From NCBI GenBank assembly GCA_041746175.1, contig JBGTHJ010000042.1, positions 404-24,403 of the forward strand: a stretch of 24,000 nt of DNA, given 5' to 3'. The notes under the pieces were generated by a model. That model made no database searches and had not been told where the DNA came from. It saw only the letters and a program-made list of their open reading frames with translations. Of the stretch, positions 7,312-15,465 are shown piece by piece. The DNA is from Pyrinomonadaceae bacterium (lineage in GTDB: Bacteria; Acidobacteriota; Blastocatellia; Pyrinomonadales; Pyrinomonadaceae). Every line of letters begins with the position of its first letter. Position 1 is the first letter of the stretch. The translations under genes and the position numbers were made by a program.

Positions 7312-9702
7312 TCACGGACCAAAGCGTCCCTGATACTCGCTGGAATTGATGAAGGCTTTGACCATCTCGGCGTTGACAAAATTGCCGTTGAACTCGTTGA
7401 GTTTGCCGAGCCAGAAGTTGAACCCGCCGAAGTCGGCGTCGGGCGCATCGTTCGGATTGCGACGCAAGTAACCAAAGTATTGCATCAGGACGAACGCGCG
7501 GTTGAACTCGTTCTGCGTAAACTCGGCGTCCTGCGCCACGCCGCGCAACACTTGCGCACGCGTCAACTGCCCCGCGCCGAGCCGGTTCACAAGGTCGTTT
7601 CTCTCCGCCGGAGACAACGCGCCGCCCGTGTTGACGTTCAGGGCGTCAACGAACTGCGCGGGCGTGAGCGCCGACGGATAGGCGGCGGTGAACTGGGGTC
7701 GCGCGACGAACTGGTCGATGTAGGTCTGCGTGTTGGCTTCGAGAATCTGCTCCGAGCCGGGCGCGCCGATCACGACGCCGCGCCCAATCTGCTGCGTGTC
7801 GGGCACAAACTCGCGCAACGTGACGGGGACGATGCCCGCGACGCGACGCCCGAACGACGCCTGATAGACACGGTAAACGAAATAACCCGTCTGCTGGAAC
7901 TCTATCGAAAGAAAGAAGGCCGCGCTGGTGTTGATCTGTCGAATCTCACGACACGCCTGCGCAGTGCATTCGTCAATCTGATTTTTCCAGAAACCGAGTC
8001 CGGCGGCATCGGCGTCGCGGTTGAGAAAGTCGATGTAGGTGCGCCTGACGAAGAAGTCGGAATCGAAACTTCCCTCTTTGATCGGGTTCGGCCCGTCGAT
8101 CGGGTCGTTGCTGTCAATCTCGACGGTTGCCGCCGACGGCGTGCCGAGCGTCGCGCCGGTCGCGTTCGTCAATGTGACGTTGAAGTTTTCCACCGGCTCC
8201 AAAAAACTGTCGTCGGTGATGAAGATGGTAAAACTCTTCGAGGTCTCGCCGGGGGCGAAAGAAACAGAGCCGAAGGCCGCGTTGTAGTCGGAGCGGTCGG
8301 AGGCCGAGCCGTTCGAGGTTTCGTACGAAACTGTGGTCGAGCCGCTGCCGCTCGACCGCGTGAGGTTGATACTGACGGTGCGTGTGGTTTCGGAAGTGCG
8401 GAAAGATTGCTGGCTGAATTGCACGGTCGGCGGCGGGGTGGTCGCTACCGCGAGACAACCGCCGAATGCGTTGACGTAATTCGTAATCTGATCGCGCGAA
8501 AACTGGCAGAGGCTCAGGTTGGAGAATGTCGCGTCGGAATTCATGATCGAAGTGCCGCACTCGGGTCGCGGCGTGGCTTCCCGGTCGGGGTGCGACGCAC
8601 CGAGATTGTGCCCCATCTCGTGCGCCGGGATGATGAACTTCGCGGGCACCGAAGAGAACATTTGCGAGACGCCGTACGAGGCGGGCGCGCTCGGATTCCG
8701 ACACACGACGCCGTCGTTGGCGATTCCTTCGCGGCCCCCGAAAGCGAAGCCCGGACCGTCAAGCGATTTACCCGTCCACATGTGTACGAGGTCGCGCGCG
8801 GGCGCGCCCGCCGGGGGGGCGGCATTGTAATTCGTGCGGAGTTCGGTCAGCAATGCAACCACGCCTGTCGCGCTGTACGGGTCGTTCGGCGTCTCCCAAA
8901 CGCGCTGGAAGACAACCCTGAACGTCAGCCCCAGTTCGCTCTGATAAACGCCGTCGATCATGTTGATGATGCTGAGGATTTCGCTATTGGCGACGTTCGC
9001 GTTGCTGCTGAAAGCCTGAAAGAACTCAAAGTCGGCTTCGGTAATCAGTTCGATTTCACGCGCGGGCGAGAACGGCGCGGCGGCATCCGTGAGGCGTGCG
9101 GGCATCGACGAACCGAAGCGCGCGGCTTCCGACTCGAACCGCGCCGCCACCGTCGATTCGCAACTTCCAGTGGCGGCGGGCAACACGTCCGTCGCTCTGT
9201 AAAAGACGAAATCATCGGCGGCAGTAGCGACGCTCGCGTAGCGCGCGGCGGGTTCCACGAAATACCTCTCGCCACCCCTGACGATCAATCCCTCGACCTT
9301 CTCGCCGTCGATAGTAAAGCGCGCCACAGATTCCTCGACGCCTTCGACATATCCCTTGAAGGTGCGCACTGTGTCGCGTTCCAGAACCGTCACGCGGCCA
9401 CCGTCGTCAACGCTCACGGCGCGATGGCTGTCGGCGCGCAGGTCGTGCGGCGCGAGGACGATTTCGAGCGTCTCGGTGGAAGTGTGGAGCGCGAGCCGTC
9501 CGGTCTGTCGCACCTGTTGCACGGCGTTCGCCGGGTCGAGTTTGAACGTCTCATGACGTTGCAAGACGCGATGGATATCCGGCTTCATGCTCGCGCTCTG
9601 CGACCGGCCAGCGACCGGCGGCGAGAAGCGCAACGGGACGATAATCACTGCGCTGAAACACAGCGCGAAAAAAACATAGCGGTAGATTTTGATGGATTCC
9701 AT
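7312..9702 (-). CDS. Secreted reprolysin/adamalysin-like zinc metalloprotease (metzincin) with Calx-beta domain and DUF4214-like C-terminal module
   Basis: Signal peptide MESIKIYRYVFFALCFSAVIIVPL. Propeptide-like region of about 200 aa. HEMGHNLGASH (HExxHxxGxxH) at 8590-8622, with a downstream Met-turn candidate GTSIMNS. Calx-beta-like block DRSDYNAAFGSVSFAPGETSKSFTIFITDD. DUF4214-like FVRRTYIDFLNRDADAAGLGFWKNQI and terminal MVKAFINSSEYQGRFGP. GGAG 6 nt upstream of the ATG. Confidence 0.85.
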   Translation of the reverse strand: MESIKIYRYVFFALCFSAVIIVPLRFSPPVAGRSQSASMKPDIHRVLQRHETFKLDPANAVQQVRQTGRLALHTSTETLEIVLAPHDLRADSHRAVSVDDGGRVTVLERDTVRTFKGYVEGVEESVARFTIDGEKVEGLIVRGGERYFVEPAARYASVATAADDFVFYRATDVLPAATGSCESTVAARFESEAARFGSSMPARLTDAAAPFSPAREIELITEADFEFFQAFSSNANVANSEILSIINMIDGVYQSELGLTFRVVFQRVWETPNDPYSATGVVALLTELRTNYNAAPPAGAPARDLVHMWTGKSLDGPGFAFGGREGIANDGVVCRNPSAPASYGVSQMFSSVPAKFIIPAHEMGHNLGASHPDREATPRPECGTSIMNSDATFSNLSLCQFSRDQITNYVNAFGGCLAVATTPPPTVQFSQQSFRTSETTRTVSINLTRSSGSGSTTVSYETSNGSASDRSDYNAAFGSVSFAPGETSKSFTIFITDDSFLEPVENFNVTLTNATGATLGTPSAATVEIDSNDPIDGPNPIKEGSFDSDFFVRRTYIDFLNRDADAAGLGFWKNQIDECTAQACREIRQINTSAAFFLSIEFQQTGYFVYRVYQASFGRRVAGIVPVTLREFVPDTQQIGRGVVIGAPGSEQILEANTQTYIDQFVARPQFTAAYPSALTPAQFVDALNVNTGGALSPAERNDLVNRLGAGQLTRAQVLRGVAQDAEFTQNEFNRAFVLMQYFGYLRRNPNDAPDADFGGFNFWLGKLNEFNGNFVNAEMVKAFINSSEYQGRFGP

Positions 9703-10000
9703 CGGTAACTCCTTGACCAGAAGTCGGCGAAACGAAGTGACGGACTAGACTTTCACTCACCGTGACAGTGGTGACTGACCGGATAAAAATACCAAGCACG
9801 TTTTGAGAAATTACGACTGAAAGGTGACAAACGTATTGAGGGGCGATAGCACGTCCGTCATCAAAAACGTCTGACGACGCAGGCGGCAAACGGCGCGAGA
9901 ACTCCATCGTGCAGGATTATTCACGGCGTCATCGTGAGGAAGCCCCTCCCCCTTGCTCGCGGTTTTGACCGCGCCGGGGCGACGCAGCGGGACACCTTCT

Positions 10001-10030
10001 AATCTATTTGTTGGGAACAGCCGTTGTCAA
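10001..10030 (-). promoter_or_regulatory. Candidate sigma-70-type promoter for the metalloprotease gene
   Basis: On the minus strand, TTGACA (10030-10025), an 18-nt spacer, then TAGATT (10006-10001). It sits just downstream of the preceding gene's stop (10068). Pattern match only; it would imply a leader of roughly 290 nt. Confidence 0.3.
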
Positions 10031-10067
10031 CATCGACGCGGTTAAATTTCGCTTGCGGCCAACGCAT

Positions 10068-11765
10068 TCACGGCCCGAACCGCTGGCGGTATTCGCTGGA
10101 GTTGATGAAAGCCTTGACCATCTCGGCTTCGACGAAATTGCCGCCGAACTGATCGAGTTTAGCGAGCCAGAAATTGTAGCCGTCGAGGTTGTTGTCGGGG
10201 GCATCGTCGGGGTTGCGGCGGAGGTAGCCAACGTATTGCATTAGGACGAATGCACGGTTGAACTCCTGACGATTGAAGTCCGCGTCTTCGGCGACGACGC
10301 GGAGAACCTCCGCGCGGGACAGTCGCTCGCTGCGGAGCCGCGTGGCGAGGTCGTCGCGTTCGGACGGCGAAAGCGCGCCGCCGGTGTTGGCGTTCAGCGC
10401 ATCGACGAACTGCTCCGGCGTCATCGTTTGCGGATAGCGCGCGACGAATTGCGGACGCATGACGAACTCGCCCGCGAAGGCACGCTTGTTCGACTCCAAC
10501 AGTTGCTCCCAACCGGGGGCGTTGACGACGACGCCGCGCCCGATTTCCTGCGTGTCGGAGAGAAAGTCGCGCAGACGGAGCCGCACGCCGGTATCGAAGG
10601 CCGCCTGATGAAAGCGATAGACGAGATAGCCGGTCTGCTGAAATTCGATCGAGAGGAAGAAGGCTGCCGAGACGTTGACGCGCCGCAGTTCGATGCACGC
10701 CGCATCCGCGCCGCACGCTGCAATCTGGTTCGTCCAGAAGTTAAGCCCGGCGGCATCGGGTTCGCGGTTGAGAAAATCGATGTAGTTCTGGCGGACGAAA
10801 AACGGCGAAGCGTCGATCGGGTTCGCATTGGCGGGCGACGCATCGTTATCGCTGATGCGGAGCACGGCGGCGTTCGGCGCGGCAAGCGTCGCGCCCGTCG
10901 GGTTGGTGAGTTGGAGGTTGAAGGTCTCCGTGCCTTCGACGTGCGCGTCGTCGGTGATGAATACGGAGAAAGTTTTGGTCGTCTCGCCCGCCGCGAAGCG
11001 GAGCGTGCCGAGCGCGGCGGTATAGTCGGAACGGTCGTTGGCGGTGGCGTCGGCGGTCGAGTAGTTGACCGTCGCGGGGACTGAAGAGCCGCTGGTGAGC
11101 GTGACCGTGATGGTCGCGCTGCCCGAAGCCTCCGGCGCATCGTAGCTCGATGCACTGAAGGCGAGCGTTGGCGGTGCGGGCGCGTCGGGGGTGGTGGTGG
11201 CGAAGGTGAAATAGATGTTATCGCCGGACGTGTTGCCGTCGTTGTTGGCCTGATTGCCAGCCGTGTAGAAGGTGACGGGGCCGACGTTGGTCGCCGGGGC
11301 TAGCCAACGAAATGTCCAACTCGCGCCGCCCTGCTGTCCGGTGTACGTGCCATCGAAAGTGTGTTCGATGTACTGGCGCGACGGAAAAGGCCCTTGACCG
11401 TCGAGCGTCTGCGTCGTCGGGTCGAGACTTTCGAGCGTGCCGGCGCGTTCGTTGTTGTCGCCCAACGCGGTCAGTTGAAATCCCCAACGCCGCCGCGTCT
11501 GATCGGTGTTGGTGTGCGCGACCGTGATTTGATACGTCTGCCCCGGCACGTAGCTCGGCGGCACGGTGATGCTTATCCGTCCCGTGCCCGGACTCTCGAT
11601 GAGATGGCACTCGGCGCAATCGAACTCGCCGGGGGCTTTGGTGAACCCCGCGTCCGGTCCCGTCGAGCGCGCGTGTGCCGTGCGGTTGGCGGCGTTGTCG
11701 GTGAACAACGTCGCGACGCCCACGACGACAAAAAACATGATGACGAGGAGTTTGAGCTTAAGCAT
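10068..11765 (-). CDS. Secreted protein: N-terminal CxxCH-containing beta-rich domain, Calx-beta domain and DUF4214-like C-terminal module (paralogous tail to 7312-9702)
   Basis: Signal peptide MLKLKLLVIMFFVVVGVATLF. CAECH motif at 11604-11618. Calx-beta-like DRSDYTAALGTLRFAAGETTKTFSVFITDD. DUF4214-like FVRQNYIDFLNREPDAAGLNFWTNQI and terminal MVKAFINSSEYRQRFGP. The tail of about 366 aa is collinear with the tail of the metalloprotease. Confidence 0.8.
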   Translation of the reverse strand: MLKLKLLVIMFFVVVGVATLFTDNAANRTAHARSTGPDAGFTKAPGEFDCAECHLIESPGTGRISITVPPSYVPGQTYQITVAHTNTDQTRRRWGFQLTALGDNNERAGTLESLDPTTQTLDGQGPFPSRQYIEHTFDGTYTGQQGGASWTFRWLAPATNVGPVTFYTAGNQANNDGNTSGDNIYFTFATTTPDAPAPPTLAFSASSYDAPEASGSATITVTLTSGSSVPATVNYSTADATANDRSDYTAALGTLRFAAGETTKTFSVFITDDAHVEGTETFNLQLTNPTGATLAAPNAAVLRISDNDASPANANPIDASPFFVRQNYIDFLNREPDAAGLNFWTNQIAACGADAACIELRRVNVSAAFFLSIEFQQTGYLVYRFHQAAFDTGVRLRLRDFLSDTQEIGRGVVVNAPGWEQLLESNKRAFAGEFVMRPQFVARYPQTMTPEQFVDALNANTGGALSPSERDDLATRLRSERLSRAEVLRVVAEDADFNRQEFNRAFVLMQYVGYLRRNPDDAPDNNLDGYNFWLAKLDQFGGNFVEAEMVKAFINSSEYRQRFGP

Positions 11766-11852
11766 GAATTCGCTCGCCGCCCGCCCGGCTCACAAACTCG
11801 ATGAAGACCTCCGTCAACGAGTCGGTGCGCCGGTGCGCCGATGAAGCATTCC

Positions 11853-13262
11853 CTACATGAGAAAGCCGATGTTCGGGTTGTTGAATCGCCCGATGAGCGG
11901 GAAGACGAGGGGGATGTCGCTGTTTGAAAGGCCGTACCATGCGGCGAGCGTGGCGGCATACTGTTCGATGGAGAGCGTCGGTATCCAACGCCCGCGCGAA
12001 TCGGCGTCGTCGGGGCCGTTCAGCGCGAGCGTCGGGAACGTGCCGTAGAAGTCGCCGCCGCGCACCGCGCCGCCCATCACCAGATGATGATTGCCCCATG
12101 CGTGATCCGAGCCGACGCCCGCACCCGACCCGGCGGGTTGCAGCGTGCGTCCGAAATCCGAGAGCGTGAAGGTCGTGACATCGTTCTGCACGCCGAGTTC
12201 GATGGTCGCATCGTAGAACGCACGCATCGCCTGACTGACCTGTGTGAGCAAAGCGTCCTGCGTGTTGCCGACCGCGCCGCGCTGGTTGCTGTGGGTGTCG
12301 AAGCCGCCGAGCGACACGAAAAAGATTTGACGTTTGACGCCGAGCGTGTCGCGCAACTTAATCAGACGGGCGACCTGCTCCAATTGGTAGCCGAGCGACG
12401 TATCGGGAAAGGCGGTGGCGAGCGTCGCATTAGCCGAGGCGAGCGCCTGACTCGCGTCGAGCGCGGAAGCGGTCGTGTCGCTCGAAGCCCTGACCAGCGT
12501 CGCCCCGAAGTCCAAGTCGCGCAAGGCGTCGAACGCCGTCCGGCGCGCGGTATTCTGCGCGGTCGAAAAGCCGCCCGAACCCGGCGGATTGTTGAGCGGC
12601 AGCACCTGTGACAACGACGTGCGCGAGTCGTTGATGGCGAGCGGTCGCGACGCCCCACCGACGACGAATGTGCTGACCCCCGCGATCGAGATCAGTTGTG
12701 GAAACGATGCCGTGCCGTTGAGCATCGCGGCGCGGTCGGCGACGCGCCCGCCCCATCCCGTCTGGCTGACAACTTCGGACGATGTGGTTTGCCACTGGTT
12801 GACCTGATCCGAATGCGAGAAGAGTTGATAAGGACGCCGCCCCGTGCCGTTGCGGTAAGTGGTTCGCGTCAGCGGCTCGACCAGCGGCCCGACGTTGCAC
12901 ACCACCGCCAACTTCTGTTGACTGAACAGTGTTTGCATCTCCGGCATACTCGGATGCACCCCGAACGGGCGACCGCTCAGAGGCGTGACGGGCAACAGGC
13001 TCGCCTGTGTGACGGCGAGACCCGCCGTGCCGCGCACGCTGTTGTACTGGCTGTATTCAGCGTCGAGCGGAACGATGAGGTTGTTGCCGTCGTTGCCGCC
13101 GTTGAGAAAGATGCAGACGAGAGCTTTGTAATCGGTCGCGGCGGCCTGCTGCGCCGCCAGCGCACCCACTAAACTAAAACTCTCGATGCCCGCCGCCAGC
13201 GCCGTCCCGCCGAGGATGGCGCATCCCGTCTGCCGTAAGAAATCTCTGCGTGTTGATGACAT
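11853..13262 (-). CDS. Tat-exported DUF1501 family protein (sulfatase/alkaline-phosphatase-like superfamily)
   Basis: Twin-arginine signal MSSTRRDFLRQTGCAILGGTALAAG. DUF1501 blocks FSHSDQVNQWQT, GGFDTHSNQ and GVGSDHAWGNHHLVMGGAVRGGDFYG. The ATG at 13262 lies 4 nt after the DUF1800 stop. The track start at 13373 would overlap the upstream gene. Confidence 0.9.
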   Translation of the reverse strand: MSSTRRDFLRQTGCAILGGTALAAGIESFSLVGALAAQQAAATDYKALVCIFLNGGNDGNNLIVPLDAEYSQYNSVRGTAGLAVTQASLLPVTPLSGRPFGVHPSMPEMQTLFSQQKLAVVCNVGPLVEPLTRTTYRNGTGRRPYQLFSHSDQVNQWQTTSSEVVSQTGWGGRVADRAAMLNGTASFPQLISIAGVSTFVVGGASRPLAINDSRTSLSQVLPLNNPPGSGGFSTAQNTARRTAFDALRDLDFGATLVRASSDTTASALDASQALASANATLATAFPDTSLGYQLEQVARLIKLRDTLGVKRQIFFVSLGGFDTHSNQRGAVGNTQDALLTQVSQAMRAFYDATIELGVQNDVTTFTLSDFGRTLQPAGSGAGVGSDHAWGNHHLVMGGAVRGGDFYGTFPTLALNGPDDADSRGRWIPTLSIEQYAATLAAWYGLSNSDIPLVFPLIGRFNNPNIGFLM

Positions 13263-13266
13263 GGCT

Positions 13267-15465
13267 TTATCTCTGAACCTGATACTGCGACGACGAGGCG
13301 ACGAGGTACGCCGCCATTTGTGTGCGCTTGCGCGGGTGCGCCGCGTCGGTTGTGGGGACGCTTGAGACGGCATTGATGATCGCCGCGCGCATCTCCGGCG
13401 ACATCGTGTTGTGGAGCAAGAGCGCGTCGAGATATGCGACCAACTGCGCGGGGTCGCCCGCGAGCGCTTCGAGCGGCGCGAGGTCGAGCGCAGTGCCGTT
13501 GGGCGCGGTGCCGTTGACGGTGTCTGCCGAGCGCGCGACGCCGGTGTAGATGATCGTGTTGACGAAGTTGATGCGGCGCAGCGCGGTCGAGGTCGTCAGA
13601 ATCCCGAAGGTCGGGCCGGAGAGTTTGACGCCGGGTATTTCGTAATCCGCCGGGTAATAGTTGAAGACGGTGGCCGGTCGGAAGATGTCCTGTTCGAGCA
13701 GCGCCGCGTTTGGCGCGAGGTAGCCGTCGCTGTTCGTCGTCCTATCGAACGACTTGGCGTCGAAGGCGCGCAGGATGTTGTTGATGAGCTGCGCAGGCTC
13801 GCGCAGCCGTCCGTAATTGGAAGCGGTTTTGATGTCGCCACGCGCTTCCGGGTCGAGCAGAACGGCGCGCACGGTGGCTTTCATGTCGCCGCGTTCGCCC
13901 GTGCACGGATTATCCGGATAGAGTCCGGCGCAGTTGTTGTCGAAAGCTGCGGCGACGCGCCCGACGTAGGCCGCGCTCGGGTTGCTCGTCACCAGATGTT
14001 GAATCAGTTGCTTCGCGATAAACGGCCCGGTGTTCGGGTGGTTGAAGATATTGTCGAGCGCGACGTTCAGATCGGTCTGCGCGTTTTGTCCGGCGGTCGT
14101 CACCACGCCGTTCAAGAGCGTCTTCGCCCCCGTGTCGTGACTGTTGCCCGTGCGCGGAACCATCGGGTCGCGATAATTGGTGATGCCCTGACCGAGCGAG
14201 ACCGTGCGGTTGATATCCCAGCCGGTGAAGACGCGCGTGAAACTATTGACCGTATCCTGATTGTAAGACGGGATGCGTCGCCCCTGCGCGTCGAGTTTCG
14301 GCGTGCCGTCGGGGTTGAGTTCATCGACGCCGATGGAGAAGAGTTGGAGAATCTCGCGCGCGAAGTTTTCGTTTGGCGAGGTCGCCGTACTCCGTCGCAT
14401 GTCGAGATACTCGCCCATCGCCGGGCTGAGCGTGATTTCCTGAAGCAGTTGACGGAAGTTTCCGAAGGCGTTGCGGTCGAGCAGTTGTAGATACGGAGTC
14501 ATCCAACTCGGTCGCGAGATGTCGCGTCCCGAAACGACCATGATCTGATGGAGCGCAAAGGCCACGCGCTGCCGGAGTTGATCAGACTGCGCGCTCTTGT
14601 TGATCGCGTTCTGGAAGAAACGCAACTGCACCGGGTACATCGAATAGTTGTTACGAACACACGTCGGCGCGCTCCCGGTCGGGCAACCCGCATTCTGGTC
14701 GTCGAGCGGGAACGGCAAATCAGGATAACCAGACAACGGCGCGTTGAACTGCTCGTTCAAGTAAGCCCTAAAACCGATTGACTGCACGCGCGCGACTTCC
14801 GAAGGAGTCGGTCCCCACGACGCCTGTTCGAGAAAGCGCACGGTGTCGGCGTAAGTGCCCACACCCGTGTAAGGGTTGGGCGTCGGCGTCGGGATGACTG
14901 CGGGCGGTGTGGGCGGTGCCGGCGTCGGAATCGAACCGGCATCGTCGGGCGGGCCGCCACCCGTGCGCCCGACCGCGATACGCACGCGGTTGCTCGCTAC
15001 GCCGTGCAGGTTGATACGCACCAGCACGTCGCCGAGCGTGTCATCCATGTCGTCGCTCAGGCGCAGCACGACCTGATAGAGCCACGCTTGCCCCGGCACG
15101 CTGCCCACATATTCGACCGCGAGCGGGTAGCGTTGCTTCAGCGCGTCTTCAGCGTCCGCGCTCAGCGCATTCGCGCCTTCGCCCGCGAAGAAATTGAGAT
15201 TCAACGCAAAGAGCGTGACGCGCGTGCGCGTGTCCGCGCTCCACGCGAGGGGTGAGACGAGCGGAAACGGCTCGCTTTTGAACGTCACCGAGTCGAAGGC
15301 GACGGCGCGCGTCGTCCGACCGGTTCCTTCGCTCAGCAGGACGGGCGCACCGGGCACGCTCTGCGCGTAGGCCACGGGACTGCTGAACGCGCCGCTCAAT
15401 AACACGAGGCAGACACCCCACACCCCCGCAAGGGAGGCAGTCCGACGGCATGGCTTTTTAGACAT
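13267..15465 (-). CDS. Exported DUF1800 family protein with an additional N-terminal beta-domain and Pro/Thr linker
   Basis: Signal peptide ...VCLVLLSGAFSSPVAYAQ. DUF1800-like blocks RFLEQASWGPTPSEV and NENFAREILQLFSIGVDELNPDG...YNQDTVNSFTRVFTGW. Forms the classic DUF1800-DUF1501 gene pair with the next gene. Confidence 0.88.
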   Translation of the reverse strand: MSKKPCRRTASLAGVWGVCLVLLSGAFSSPVAYAQSVPGAPVLLSEGTGRTTRAVAFDSVTFKSEPFPLVSPLAWSADTRTRVTLFALNLNFFAGEGANALSADAEDALKQRYPLAVEYVGSVPGQAWLYQVVLRLSDDMDDTLGDVLVRINLHGVASNRVRIAVGRTGGGPPDDAGSIPTPAPPTPPAVIPTPTPNPYTGVGTYADTVRFLEQASWGPTPSEVARVQSIGFRAYLNEQFNAPLSGYPDLPFPLDDQNAGCPTGSAPTCVRNNYSMYPVQLRFFQNAINKSAQSDQLRQRVAFALHQIMVVSGRDISRPSWMTPYLQLLDRNAFGNFRQLLQEITLSPAMGEYLDMRRSTATSPNENFAREILQLFSIGVDELNPDGTPKLDAQGRRIPSYNQDTVNSFTRVFTGWDINRTVSLGQGITNYRDPMVPRTGNSHDTGAKTLLNGVVTTAGQNAQTDLNVALDNIFNHPNTGPFIAKQLIQHLVTSNPSAAYVGRVAAAFDNNCAGLYPDNPCTGERGDMKATVRAVLLDPEARGDIKTASNYGRLREPAQLINNILRAFDAKSFDRTTNSDGYLAPNAALLEQDIFRPATVFNYYPADYEIPGVKLSGPTFGILTTSTALRRINFVNTIIYTGVARSADTVNGTAPNGTALDLAPLEALAGDPAQLVAYLDALLLHNTMSPEMRAAIINAVSSVPTTDAAHPRKRTQMAAYLVASSSQYQVQR

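Noticed and set aside
7267-9708. An 813-aa plus-strand ORF almost co-extensive with the 796-aa metalloprotease gene.
   Set aside because: It is a shadow ORF. Its codon position 1 falls opposite position 3 of the minus-strand gene, so the high GC3 of the real gene removes T-initial stop codons from the antisense frame. The product is R/G/A/V/D/E-rich with no motif or signal. The minus-strand product has a signal peptide, an HExxHxxGxxH motif, and Calx-beta and DUF4214 blocks.
13411-14490. A 359-aa plus-strand ORF antisense to the DUF1800 gene. The ORFs at 12084-12611 and 12696-13172 lie likewise over DUF1501.
   Set aside because: These are shadow frames of well-supported minus-strand genes. 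Their composition is Arg/Val/Glu-rich and I recognise no motif.
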